A stretch of DNA of 64,000 nucleotides from a virus. Taxonomy: Duplodnaviria > Caudoviricetes. The notes beneath the pieces are model-generated. The model ran no database searches. It worked only from the letters and a program-made list of their open reading frames with translations, and was not told where the DNA came from. Of this stretch, positions 1 through 9,186 are shown one piece after another. Both the position numbers and the translations under genes were made by a program. Position 1 is the stretch's first letter. Every line of letters starts with the position of its first letter. Location of the stretch: the IMG/VR virus record IMGVR_UViG_2863231158_000003; one strand, given 5' to 3'.

Positions 1-1643
1 AGGTCGATCTTCCGTGCGCTCTCGCGGTGCTCCTTGCCGATCGTGACGCCCCAGCGGTTCGTCCGACGCCTGGCGTTGATCACGTGCGTGCGCAGCACCT
101 TGTGCCCGTCATGCACGAGCTGTCGCTGCAGAACATCCGCGTGCGCCCGCTTCACAGCCTCTGTGAACGTCTCCTGATTCCGGCTGTCGCGCATATCCCA
201 GCGCACCGCATGCGCCTTCGGCCCGGACAGCACCGACCGGAGCGCGAGCTTGGCGCCCCACGTCTGGCCCCAGGTGTCGATGTAGGAGTCCCAGTACATC
301 TCGCCGTCGTCGTCATCCTGGCCCGAGCCAGGGTCTGCGAAGAACGCCACGACCTTGAACCGCGCGAACGCGTTCTCCACCACCCCATGCACTTCGTCGC
401 GCGGCACCCGGTACGGCACGAAGCCCGGCGTGTTCGGCGTCGGCCAGTTCGATGGCTTCTGCCACACACCCAAGGCCGACACAAGGCCGTCTGACACACG
501 GCAGGCCACCAGGCCTGTGGCATCGTCGCTCTTGGAGCCGTCGAAGAACATGACGACCTCATCACCGTCAGCAAGCCGCAGGTCATCACGCTTGCAGGCG
601 TCCCACTCGTAGCGGGCCATCCACGCATCCTCGGCAGCAACGATCTGGTTGAACCAGAACCGCCTGCTGCGCGAGGGAGGATTGCGTGGATCAAGGATCG
701 ACTTCACGATGCGGGGGATGTCGAGCCACGTGGAGTCGCCCCGTACCGCCTCGATGACCTTCGCCAGCCACGGCTTGGTCAGCTTCGCCTCCGGCGGGGC
801 CTCCAGAGAGTCGTACAGAATGCCCGGGTCCTCAGCCCGCCCGGCCTCAGCTGCCTCATAGGCATCGCGCGTCTGCTCAGCGACCGAGTCCTCGCCGGGT
901 TCGAACGCGTTGGTGATGGCGAACGTTCGCGCCGATCCGTCCGCCGACTTGGTGGCGTTCCGCTCGATCGTCGCCGCCATCTCGTGGCCTTGATTCGAAT
1001 CGATCCAGTGGTGTGTCTCGTTGAGGAGCGTGAACGTTGTACGGCCGCCCTCAAGCGCGCGAGGCGAGGAGGTGACGGCCTCGATGCGGGCCAGGCCCTT
1101 GTGGGCGTAGACGACTTCCTTGCCGATCTCGATCCCGAACTCGGACTTGGCCTGGGGTGTGAAGAGCGACCCAAAGATGATCATTGTGTTGCGGGTCTGA
1201 TCCTTGGAAACCGCTGCGACCTGCACCCACGGCTCCGGATGCGGCTCACCGACCGGCTGCCCCTCCGGCACCCCGCTCTCATCGTCAGGCCCGGCAATCC
1301 GCCCCAACCACCGGGACGGGCCGACGAACTCGACAGCACACAGCGTCGCCCCGAACGGGTCCTTGCCCCACCCCTTCAAGCGCTGCAACACAGCATCCCG
1401 GTAGCAGAACGCCCCCGTCTCCGGATCGATGGCGAACCACCACAGGATCAAGCGGACCTGCTCGCTCGTGTACCGCCACGGCAAGCCCCGGTGCTGCAGA
1501 TACGCGGCCGTCCAGAGAAGGACATGCCAGCCCAGCGTGAACAGGGGCCGGATAAACAGGCCATCCTCGCCCCGCGTCCACGTCGGCCCGATCACAACAG
1601 GCGTGATCGTGTCCGGGACTGCCTCGATCGTCTGCTCAGCCAC
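1..1643 (-). CDS. terL: Phage terminase large subunit (runs off the left edge)
   Basis: Manual translation from GTG 1643 (VAEQTIEAVPD...) gives Walker A region LQRLKGWGKDP and nuclease motif VMFFDGSKSDDATGLV; start overlaps the TerS stop. Confidence 0.93.
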   Translation of the reverse strand, partial: MAEQTIEAVPDTITPVVIGPTWTRGEDGLFIRPLFTLGWHVLLWTAAYLQHRGLPWRYTSEQVRLILWWFAIDPETGAFCYRDAVLQRLKGWGKDPFGATLCAVEFVGPSRWLGRIAGPDDESGVPEGQPVGEPHPEPWVQVAAVSKDQTRNTMIIFGSLFTPQAKSEFGIEIGKEVVYAHKGLARIEAVTSSPRALEGGRTTFTLLNETHHWIDSNQGHEMAATIERNATKSADGSARTFAITNAFEPGEDSVAEQTRDAYEAAEAGRAEDPGILYDSLEAPPEAKLTKPWLAKVIEAVRGDSTWLDIPRIVKSILDPRNPPSRSRRFWFNQIVAAEDAWMARYEWDACKRDDLRLADGDEVVMFFDGSKSDDATGLVACRVSDGLVSALGVWQKPSNWPTPNTPGFVPYRVPRDEVHGVVENAFARFKVVAFFADPGSGQDDDDGEMYWDSYIDTWGQTWGAKLALRSVLSGPKAHAVRWDMRDSRNQETFTEAVKRAHADVLQRQLVHDGHKVLRTHVINARRRTNRWGVTIGKEHRESARKID

Positions 1644-2076
1644 CGAAGGCGGAGCGGTAATCATCCAGTGCCGTCACGCTCGCCCGGCCCGAGCCCGCGG
1701 GCTTCTTCCGCTCCAACTCCATACGGACGCGCCGACGATCCCCTTCCGTCGTCAACAGGCTGCCCAGCAGGCTGTTGAGGGCGGCAACGTACTGTCCGTT
1801 CGGCGGCCGGTCCGACGACAGTCCGCGCGACATGAGTTCCGCGGCATACCGTGCAGTCGCCCAGTCCGACGCCTGATAGAACATGGCCTGGCCGGACTCG
1901 CGCAGCGACAGGTACCAGTCCTTCGCGATCGGATGCCAGAGCTCATCCGGTTCCGGCAGTGCAGGAAGGTCCGTCGGCGCCCCTGACGGTGCCTTCGTGA
2001 CGGAGTCCTTCTCCTTCTTCGAGCGATGGCCCATGCGCTCCTCAGAGCGCTTACCGATAGGTCCACGAGCGCCCAT
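1636..2076 (-). CDS. terS: Phage terminase small subunit (L5-like)
   Basis: MGARGPIGKRSEERMGHR...WHPIAKDWYLSLRESGQAMFYQASDW...LLTTEGDRRRVRMEL; GGAGG RBS; directly upstream of terL. Confidence 0.88.
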   Translation of the reverse strand: MGARGPIGKRSEERMGHRSKKEKDSVTKAPSGAPTDLPALPEPDELWHPIAKDWYLSLRESGQAMFYQASDWATARYAAELMSRGLSSDRPPNGQYVAALNSLLGSLLTTEGDRRRVRMELERKKPAGSGRASVTALDDYRSAFGG

Positions 2077-2162
2077 GACGACCTCCAGGGTCATGGCACG
2101 CCACCAGGGCGCGCAGAGGGCTGGAAACAACGACGCCCCAACTCGGGGACGCCGCCAGGGCG

Positions 2163-2789
2163 TCAGAGCGAGGCGATCAAACCGGCCGCATCAGGCAGCA
2201 CGGCAAGACTGAGCGGCGTACCCGGAACCCGGTCGCCGACGATGATGTAGCGGCGATCCGAGTACACCTCGAACGCCAACTCCCCCTTGCGGATGCGTCG
2301 ACCATGCGGAACCGCGCCGCGGAACCACAGATGCAGGCCAGTACCGGACCGGCCACGCTCCATGTACGTCGGCGGCAACCGGTCTACGATCGCCTGCGCC
2401 CACGGAAGGACGCTTCCGTCCTCGACCGCGTGGTCCAGGTCGACGACCACGATGCCGTCGCCGGCCGTCAGGACGAAGCCGACACCGTCGCCGGTGTTCG
2501 ATGCGGCGACCGCGGCATAGTCCGACCAGGACGACGGGTCCTTCACCGAGGCGAAACGGCCATCGGTGCGCATCGGCACCTTGTCCTTGTGACGCACCCA
2601 GCGCGGACGCGACGTCAACTCGGCCGGGATGCGGGCCTGCTGCTCGGCGGCAAGGACGGCGTCACGTTCACGCTTGCGGGCCCGAGCCGCGAGGACGCGA
2701 TGCGAGTTCGAGCAGTAGCGGCGATCCGACCGGTGCATGACCGGCAGATCTCCCCCGCAGTGCTCGCAACTCCGAAGCGTCTCTGGCAT
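2163..2789 (-). CDS. Stand-alone primase/polymerase (prim-pol) domain protein with N-terminal Cys motif
   Basis: GIVVVDLDH and ERGRSGTGLHLWF prim-pol motifs; CEHC...YCSNSH N-terminus; probably leaderless (TATCCT about 6 nt upstream). Confidence 0.75.
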   Translation of the reverse strand: MPETLRSCEHCGGDLPVMHRSDRRYCSNSHRVLAARARKRERDAVLAAEQQARIPAELTSRPRWVRHKDKVPMRTDGRFASVKDPSSWSDYAAVAASNTGDGVGFVLTAGDGIVVVDLDHAVEDGSVLPWAQAIVDRLPPTYMERGRSGTGLHLWFRGAVPHGRRIRKGELAFEVYSDRRYIIVGDRVPGTPLSLAVLPDAAGLIASL

Positions 2790-2859
2790 GCATCCAGGAT
2801 ACAGCTGACTGTTAACGACTACAGTGCTTTGACCTGCATGGTTACCATCTCGCGACACT

Positions 2860-3270
2860 GCCTAGCCCATCGAGTGGACTAGACCGGTAGGGCATACCCG
2901 CAGGTCAGGGGCCTTGGAAACCCGGGGGCGATGTCAGGTGCTATACGCCCCCGATCCGGAGGGATCTTGGTGGGGGATCTTCCCCCAGGGTTGATCTTGG
3001 CTGCCGTGATCAAGGTGGGCGTCCGAGATGATCGTCGCGAGCCGCTCGCCTCAAGATCGAGGCTGCCGCCTGGATCGAGACTCGAACGGCCGCTCGACAA
3101 GCGATCAGTGATAAAGGATCACGAGCGAGTTGACCTTGATGATCTCAAGCAGACCACGTCGATACCCGACGCCGAAGCGCGGATCAAGACGAGGCGCACA
3201 CAGGCACTGCCCGCCACGACGTCCCTGCCTCCCGGACACCGCGTGCCACCACCGCCGAGCGCCGGCACGC
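2860..3270. other. Non-coding packaging (cos-like) region
   Basis: Lies between the HNH-containing block and the terminase genes; 12 GATC in 2953-3185; GGGGGA-TCT-TCCCCC inverted repeat; minus-strand CGGGGGCGTA at 2944-2953. Confidence 0.45.
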
Positions 3271-3277
3271 ACTGCCC

Positions 3278-3529
3278 TCACCGGGTGCGGCGCCGACCGG
3301 GATTGAGCCGGCTGCCCGTCGCGACCCCCGTCGACCGGATGTGCATCAGTTGGCAGTACCCCTTGGCCCGTGCGCCGAGGTACCTGCTGAGGAGCCGGTT
3401 GCAGCGTCGCCAGTCTCCTGCTGTTCCCCAGCGGATGCGTGCTCCGCCCGCGCCTGACAGACCCCAGTAGCGACGTAGCGCTTCGGCGTTGCCTCGCTGG
3501 CTGCGTCCGCCTCGCCCCTTGCTGGCCAT
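3278..3529 (-). CDS. Actinophage-type hypothetical protein
   Basis: LRRYW...ARIRWGTAGDWRRC...GYCQLMH motif; basic 83 aa protein. Confidence 0.75.
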   Translation of the reverse strand: MASKGRGGRSQRGNAEALRRYWGLSGAGGARIRWGTAGDWRRCNRLLSRYLGARAKGYCQLMHIRSTGVATGSRLNPGRRRTR

Positions 3530-3535
3530 AGCAGT

Positions 3536-3754
3536 TCACCGCCTGTCGGGCTCGCCCTCTTGGTCTGGCTCGTCGTTCTGTTGTGGGTCGATGCGCATGA
3601 TGTTGCGGACTTGTTCGCGGGGTACGGCGTAGCAGGGTCCGTGTTGGTCGTGGAAGACGATCCAGCCGTCGTCGAGTTCGAAGTTGAGGGGGTCGTCTTC
3701 GAGGAGGGTGTCTTCGCCGCGGCGTTCGTTGTGGACGATGAGGTAGGCGGGCAT
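3536..3754 (-). CDS. Hypothetical protein
   Basis: Protein-like ORF tightly packed in the operon. Confidence 0.7.
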   Translation of the reverse strand: MPAYLIVHNERRGEDTLLEDDPLNFELDDGWIVFHDQHGPCYAVPREQVRNIMRIDPQQNDEPDQEGEPDRR

Positions 3755-3756
3755 GG

Positions 3757-4011
3757 TCAGGCGCCAACTGACTTGTCGCCGGGGCAGTCGTTGGTCCTGG
3801 CGTCGACTCGGTAGTACTGACGGGGCTCAGGGTCTTGCGGCAGCCCCATGACCTTGGCAAGCGTGTTGAAGCTGTCCGTGATGCGGGTGACGGTGAACAG
3901 GATCGGGCGTTGCAGGTGGACCTGTTTCACGTGTGCCTTCCACAGGATCTGTGTCCGTGCGACTGCTTCGGGGTTCTCGCCAGGGGCTACGGGGATGTTG
4001 AAGCTGAGCAT
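3757..4011 (-). CDS. Hypothetical protein
   Basis: GAGGTG RBS; packed between neighbours. Confidence 0.6.
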   Translation of the reverse strand: MLSFNIPVAPGENPEAVARTQILWKAHVKQVHLQRPILFTVTRITDSFNTLAKVMGLPQDPEPRQYYRVDARTNDCPGDKSVGA

Positions 4012-4015
4012 GGCG

Positions 4016-4327
4016 TCACCTCAGTCCGGGGTGCTGCTCGGGTGGGCGTCGCCGTCCTGGGCGCGGGTTGGCTGCCTTGGCGGCGTTGCCTTCCTGCGAC
4101 GACTTGTAGCGATGGCAGTGGGGCGCTACGCGGTCGTGTGCCCAGTCGAGGTTGTCGAGGCTGTGGTCGTCGCCGGGGTTCTTGTGGTCGAGGTAGTCGC
4201 CGCCGGGTTGTCCGCAGAGGTGGCAGATGTGTTCGGGGTTGCGGGCGTGTGCTGCGGGACGGGTTGCAGATTCCCAGTTCGAGGGGAGCCGTTGGCGTCG
4301 TGTGCTCCCTTTCCAGCCGCCGCTCAT
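4016..4327 (-). CDS. HNH endonuclease (packaging-associated)
   Basis: CHLCGQPGGDYLDH...NLDWAH...HCHRYKS; typical terminase-cofactor HNH. Confidence 0.85.
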   Translation of the reverse strand: MSGGWKGSTRRQRLPSNWESATRPAAHARNPEHICHLCGQPGGDYLDHKNPGDDHSLDNLDWAHDRVAPHCHRYKSSQEGNAAKAANPRPGRRRPPEQHPGLR

Positions 4328-4698
4328 CCGTCCTCCTGCGTCTCCGTTGCTGGCAGGCCACGTCGCCGGAGTGCTGCAGCGAGTTCGCCCTGTGCCTTGG
4401 CGATCTCGTCCTGTACCTGTTCGCGGAACTGGTCGAAGTCGGGCTCGACGCGGATTTTCACTGGGTGGCCGTCGGCGTCGAGAGGGACGTCGTTGGCTGG
4501 GATGTCGATGGGCTCTTCGAAGACGAGGACGGCGCGGGCGCCGATCTGGTCGGCCATTCCCTGGTAGCGCAGCAGCCGTGATTCCTGTGTGATGCCGGGG
4601 GTGACGTCGGTGTCTTCGTATTGGTCGATGATGAGCACGAACGGGGGCCGGTCGTCTGCGGCGCCTTCGGGGAGTTCGAGGATCTGCAGGCGGGCCAT
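4324..4698 (-). CDS. Hypothetical protein
   Basis: MARLQILELPEG...PFVLIIDQ; ATGA coupling. Confidence 0.75.
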   Translation of the reverse strand: MARLQILELPEGAADDRPPFVLIIDQYEDTDVTPGITQESRLLRYQGMADQIGARAVLVFEEPIDIPANDVPLDADGHPVKIRVEPDFDQFREQVQDEIAKAQGELAAALRRRGLPATETQEDG

Positions 4699-4874
4699 CA
4701 GGCGTCTGCCGCCTGTCCGTCCAGGCGGACGATGCTTCGGACGTCGAGAGGTTGAATGAACGCCTTCACTTGATTGTTGGCGTAGGCCGTGTACTGGTCG
4801 CCGTCGTACTCAACCGTGTCGGCGGTGAGGTTCTGGGTGCTGCCGTCGTCGAAGGTGATGAGGTAGCGGGCCAT
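4698..4874 (-). CDS. Small hypothetical protein
   Basis: MARYLITFDDG...; preceded by GGAGCCCGCGCC-ATG. Confidence 0.7.
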   Translation of the reverse strand: MARYLITFDDGSTQNLTADTVEYDGDQYTAYANNQVKAFIQPLDVRSIVRLDGQAADA

Positions 4875-4900
4875 GGCGCGGGCTCCTGTGGGGTGGTCGG

Positions 4901-5320
4901 TTACGGCTTCCAGTGGGGCCCGCGTAGTGCGTCGGGTACGTCGCTGGTGGTGATAGGGACGATGAGTCGGGCTTGTTCGCGAAGTCGTCGCTGCTGTGCC
5001 GGTGTCGGCTTGGGCGGCGGGGGCCGGTCGAGGCTGGCGAGGATCTTGTCGGTGATGCCGTGTGCGTGGGCGAGGTCGAGGAGTTCGGGGCAGTCGTTGA
5101 GGTTGTCGGTCCACGCCATGTCCTGGTCGCCGTAGGTGCGGCAGCCTTTGCAGGCGGGTTCGTAGGTGCAGTCGAGGTCGAGCGTGTGCCGGGTGAGGAT
5201 GCGGCGGTCGGCCTCGCAGCGGAGGCGGACGCTTTCACTCTGGCTGGGCGGCCACTCGTACTCGTCCAGCAGTTGTTCAACGCGGTCGACTTGCTGGGTG
5301 ATCCAGGCGTGGAGATCCAT
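4901..5320 (-). CDS. Hypothetical protein (DUF6221-like)
   Basis: LRCEADRRILTRH...CKGC...CPELLDLA pattern. Confidence 0.65.
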   Translation of the reverse strand: MDLHAWITQQVDRVEQLLDEYEWPPSQSESVRLRCEADRRILTRHTLDLDCTYEPACKGCRTYGDQDMAWTDNLNDCPELLDLAHAHGITDKILASLDRPPPPKPTPAQQRRLREQARLIVPITTSDVPDALRGPHWKP

Positions 5321-5337
5321 GGCGCGGGCTCCGGGGT

Positions 5338-5541
5338 TTAGCCGATGAGGACGTGTTCGTGGGCGGCGGTGGCGGCGAGGATGTCGGCGACACTAGGTGT
5401 GGCGTTGTCGTCGTACCTGGGGTCCCAGTTGCCGAGTTCGTAGCCGAGACAGCCAGGGCAGCGGAGGGCGAGGATGGCGCTGGTGCCGTCGGTGTAGGGC
5501 TCGGCATGGAGGGTGAAGTCGGTGGGGTCGGGGGAAGCCAT
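5338..5541 (-). CDS. Hypothetical protein
   Basis: CPGC motif; repeated start motif upstream. Confidence 0.65.
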   Translation of the reverse strand: MASPDPTDFTLHAEPYTDGTSAILALRCPGCLGYELGNWDPRYDDNATPSVADILAATAAHEHVLIG

Positions 5542-5562
5542 GGGCGCGGGCCTTCCGTGGGA

Positions 5563-5925
5563 TCAGTAGATCGGCAGGTCGTCGTGGTCGAGCTCGACGT
5601 GCCGTCCACGGCGTGTGCAGTGCGGGCAGATACCGACGCTGCGGCCGGAGCCGGGCCCGTACACGGGGTCGGGGATGCTGCCGGCGTACTGGTGCCCGCC
5701 GTATGGCCTGGTGCAGAGGATGCACGGCAGCCAGTAGTAGCCGTGGCGCTCCGCGTACCGGTGGTGGATGCGGGTCCAGGACTGCGGCAGGAGCCGGATC
5801 CAGGCTTCCCGCTTCGCCGGTGAGGGGCCGGACGCGAGGGGCGCCGGGATGCCGAGGCGCCAGTACCAGAGGCGTTCGATCAGCCGCAGTGGCCGCATCG
5901 CGATGGTGATGTGGTGGCGGGCCAT
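5563..5925 (-). CDS. Hypothetical protein with two CxxC motifs
   Basis: YYWLPCILC...GICPHC. Confidence 0.65.
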   Translation of the reverse strand: MARHHITIAMRPLRLIERLWYWRLGIPAPLASGPSPAKREAWIRLLPQSWTRIHHRYAERHGYYWLPCILCTRPYGGHQYAGSIPDPVYGPGSGRSVGICPHCTRRGRHVELDHDDLPIY

Positions 5926-5943
5926 GGGCGCGGGCCTTCCGGT

Positions 5944-6627
5944 TCAGGCGGGTACCGAAGTGCGTTCGGCGATGAGGGCGCGGATCGCTTCGGGCTTGCC
6001 TGTGGCGTCGACGTAGCGCTGGCAGAGCTGGCCGTTGGCGACGTGCTGGGGGCTGCCGAGGCCGGACTCCTGCGGGTGCCACAGGTGGGTGATCGTGCCC
6101 TCGTGTGTGCCCGTCGGGCCGAGGAGTGCGTCGGCGCAGATCCTCGCTGCCGCATCCTCGAAGCCCCAGCCGGTGAACCGTTCGTCCATGCCGCCCATGG
6201 CCCACCAGCTGGCTGGTTGGATAATGAGGACGCCGCCGGTGGCCCATCCATGTTCGAGGTCGACCGGGCAGTCCGCTGCCTGTGCGCCCGCGAGGTAAGC
6301 GCGTGTGCCGTCGCGGGTGAGTCCGCGGTACCAGCTGTACGGGAGGTGGAGGCGGCCGTCCGCAGCTGTGGCGATGGCCTCGTGGACGGGCTCGGGCTCG
6401 GCGAGGGTGTCGGCGTCGCACAGCACCACGACGTCGGCGCCAGCGGCTTCGGCTTGGCGGACGCCTTCGTTTCGGCTTCCGGCGCGGGAGAACGGTTCGT
6501 GGCCACTGTCGACATCGAGGTGGATCGCGTCAGGCAGCAGCGCCGCGAGGTGAGCGCGCACGTATTCGTGGTGGGCGTTCCGCTCCGGGGTGCCGGGCCG
6601 CCACGGGATGACGACGCCGACGGTCAT
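5944..6627 (-). CDS. Glycosyltransferase (GT-A fold, GT2/GT7-like)
   Basis: VVIPWR, SRAGSRNEG, DAD motif, GGMDERFTGWGFED, HLWH. Confidence 0.9.
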   Translation of the reverse strand: MTVGVVIPWRPGTPERNAHHEYVRAHLAALLPDAIHLDVDSGHEPFSRAGSRNEGVRQAEAAGADVVVLCDADTLAEPEPVHEAIATAADGRLHLPYSWYRGLTRDGTRAYLAGAQAADCPVDLEHGWATGGVLIIQPASWWAMGGMDERFTGWGFEDAAARICADALLGPTGTHEGTITHLWHPQESGLGSPQHVANGQLCQRYVDATGKPEAIRALIAERTSVPA

Positions 6628-7220
6628 GCCTGGTACACCGCCCACGGCCGGTCGACGTCCAGTCGTTCCAGGCCAAGCCGTGTGGTGATGTTGTCCTGCT
6701 GTTCGCGGGACCAGGTGGTGACGCCGATCCATGCGTCGGTCTCGGCGGGCTCGTCGGCGACGGGCCAGTCGAGGACGAGGAGACCACCCTTGCGGACGAC
6801 CGCCCGGAGGCGTTCGACGAGCTGCTCGCCGGTGGCGTGGCTGTGGTGGATGAGTACAGCGAGGCAGTACACGGCGTCGAACTTGCGGCGGCCAACGTGC
6901 TTGCCGAAGTCGGATCCGTCGGACTGGAACGTCGGCAGGTCTGGGGCGTGCTTCTTCAGCGCGGCCAGCATCCGTGGAGCGGCGTCGACGCCGGTGACGT
7001 CGTATCCGAGCGCGCGCAGCGGGACGGCGACACGGCCATCCCCACAGCCGAAGTCCATGACGCGGCTGCCCGCGAGGATGTCACGGGCGAGGAGTTCGGC
7101 CTGCGCTTCGCCGGATGCCCAGTAGGCGCCTTCGCTGATGCCGCGGGTGGGGTGGATGGAGGCGGTGGCGCCGGGCTGGTCCCAGGCGGCGATGACGTCC
7201 TCGGGGTTCACGGCGGTCAC
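6624..7220 (-). CDS. Class I SAM-dependent methyltransferase
   Basis: VMDFGCGDGR, GVDAAPRML, FDAVYCLAVLIH. Confidence 0.92.
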   Translation of the reverse strand: MTAVNPEDVIAAWDQPGATASIHPTRGISEGAYWASGEAQAELLARDILAGSRVMDFGCGDGRVAVPLRALGYDVTGVDAAPRMLAALKKHAPDLPTFQSDGSDFGKHVGRRKFDAVYCLAVLIHHSHATGEQLVERLRAVVRKGGLLVLDWPVADEPAETDAWIGVTTWSREQQDNITTRLGLERLDVDRPWAVYQA

Positions 7221-8476
7221 CCCTTCCTGCCGACGCGGATGGTGGTGACGCCGGGCTGGTCGGGCATGTAGCCGTGCGGGTCGATGACCACGGAGCCGGG
7301 GGCGATGCTGAGGTGGAGAAACGCGTCGTGCCGGGTGCCCACGACGAACACTGCTGGCGTGACCGCGTCGAACCAGGGGCCTTCGGTGTCGACGTGGGGG
7401 TCCCAGTGCTGGGCGTCGACACCGCGCTCGCGAAGCTGGTGTGCGAGGAGGAGGGCAGGGCTGCCGCCAGTGAGGTCGGATCCGGGCTTGTACGCCTTAC
7501 CGAGGATCATGACGTCGAGGCCGGTCTGTTCCGCCCACTGCTGTGCGAGGTCGGCGAGCCAGCCGGTTTGGGCTTCGCGTGCTTGGACCATGTAGCCGAG
7601 GACGTCGGTGGAGAGGTCGAGGCGTTGGGCGAGCCAGGACATGGCGATGATGTCGCGGGGGTGGCAGTGGCCGCCGTCGCCCATGCCTCCGCGCATGTAC
7701 TTGGGCGATACGACTCGGTCTGTGGCCTTAGCTAGGGCGTCGGCCACGTCGTCGCAGTCAGCGCCGGTCTTGTGGCAGATCTCCATCAGCGCGTTCGCTA
7801 CGACAATCTTGGTGGAGATGACGACGTTGTAAGCGACTTTCGTGAGCTCCGCCGACTCCATGCCCATGATCTGAGCGGGCCGGTCATGGACTGTGGCGTA
7901 AATGTCGAGGATCGGCTCGGTGTGCCGGGGGTCGTCTGCGCCGAGGAGTACGAACTCGGGGTGGAGGTAGTCGGCGATCGTCGTGCCCATGGCGATGAAG
8001 GCGGGGTTGTAGACGAGGGTCGTCCACTTGTTGAGGAGCGGTCGGATCAGCCGGTTCATGGTGCCGGGAAGGCAGGTGGAGATGACCGCGATGGTGATCG
8101 GTTTCTCCTGCAGTGCGGCGGAGCGGCAGAGGTCGCGGATGGCCTGGACGAGGTACTGGTACTCGAAGTCGTTGGGCTCGTCGGGCATGGTCTGTTCGCC
8201 GCCGTAGGCGGGGCTGTGGGGCGTCTGCACGGCGACGAATACGACACTGTCGGTGCTGGCCACGACAGCCGACGCGGAGGAGGCCAGGGTGAGGGAGGCC
8301 CCGGCCAGTAGCGCCTCGATGCCTTCTTCCTGCGGTGGCGGGGCTGCTCCGTGAAGGATGTCGGCGGGTCGTGGTGACGGGTCGTAGCCGGTCACGGTGT
8401 GCCCGCCATGTTTGGCGAGGGTCAAGGCGCAGACGATGCCGAGTTTCCCGAGGCCGATCCAGCCGATGCGTGCCAT
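7217..8476 (-). CDS. UDP-glucose/GDP-mannose dehydrogenase family protein
   Basis: Rossmann GLGKLG, AVQTP, STCLPGT, YNPAF, SAELTKVAYN, catalytic Cys in GGHCHPRD, AYKPG. Confidence 0.93.
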   Translation of the reverse strand: MARIGWIGLGKLGIVCALTLAKHGGHTVTGYDPSPRPADILHGAAPPPQEEGIEALLAGASLTLASSASAVVASTDSVVFVAVQTPHSPAYGGEQTMPDEPNDFEYQYLVQAIRDLCRSAALQEKPITIAVISTCLPGTMNRLIRPLLNKWTTLVYNPAFIAMGTTIADYLHPEFVLLGADDPRHTEPILDIYATVHDRPAQIMGMESAELTKVAYNVVISTKIVVANALMEICHKTGADCDDVADALAKATDRVVSPKYMRGGMGDGGHCHPRDIIAMSWLAQRLDLSTDVLGYMVQAREAQTGWLADLAQQWAEQTGLDVMILGKAYKPGSDLTGGSPALLLAHQLRERGVDAQHWDPHVDTEGPWFDAVTPAVFVVGTRHDAFLHLSIAPGSVVIDPHGYMPDQPGVTTIRVGRKG

Positions 8477-8523
8477 GCGCAGGGTTACCTTCCGGGGCGC
8501 GGGTCCGGGCGCGTGCCCGGCCG

Positions 8524-9171
8524 TCAGGCGATGTTGAGTAGGGTTTTCAGAGTTGCGACGTCAGCGGCGCGGGCGGTTTCCATGGCGGCGCTTCCGTAGT
8601 CGGTGGTGCGGTAGCCGGCGAGGGACTCGGCGCGGGTCTGGTCGTTGTGGCCGCCGGTGAGGTCGTCGCGGTCGTGGAGGATGTGCACGTCAACGCGCTG
8701 GTGCAGGCCGAGGGTCTGGCCGAGGTATTGGATCCACGAGTCGCAGTGCGGCGAAAGGCTGACGTGGCCGAGGTGGTCGGTCCAGGCGCGTGGCCAGATC
8801 GGGAAAGTGTTGCAGGTCGGGATGTCGTTGCTGTACGGCCACAGCACCGAGGGCGGCTGCTTGTGGACTGCCGTGTCCCAGCCGTCGTTGAGCATGCGGG
8901 CGTCGTCGTTCCACAGCATCAGCCAGTCCCCGCTTGCCTTGGCGGCGAGCTGGTTGACGTACTCGTGGAGGCGTGAGTATCCGTACCGTTCGGGGGCTGT
9001 CCAGGGGATCGCCTGCCAGGGCAGATTGATCTCATAGGTGTCCGGGTCGTCCGGGTCGGCGCCGGTGAGGATCTCGATGCAGCCGGGCCTGTCGGCGTGG
9101 TCGAGAAGGCTGTCGATGGAGTCGCTGAGGCTCTGGGGTCTCCCTCGCGAGGGCAGGAGCACGGAGATCAA
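8524..9171 (-). CDS. Glycosyltransferase family 2
   Basis: ISVLLPSRGRP, GDWLMLWNDD (DxD-like), HCDSW. Confidence 0.85.
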   Translation of the reverse strand: MISVLLPSRGRPQSLSDSIDSLLDHADRPGCIEILTGADPDDPDTYEINLPWQAIPWTAPERYGYSRLHEYVNQLAAKASGDWLMLWNDDARMLNDGWDTAVHKQPPSVLWPYSNDIPTCNTFPIWPRAWTDHLGHVSLSPHCDSWIQYLGQTLGLHQRVDVHILHDRDDLTGGHNDQTRAESLAGYRTTDYGSAAMETARAADVATLKTLLNIA

Positions 9172-9186
9172 CGGCGCGGGCCCCTC

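Noticed and set aside
6624-7220. DNA methyltransferase or restriction-modification gene
   Set aside because: Lacks DPPY/NPPY or PC motifs; it is a small-molecule class I type within a sugar operon.
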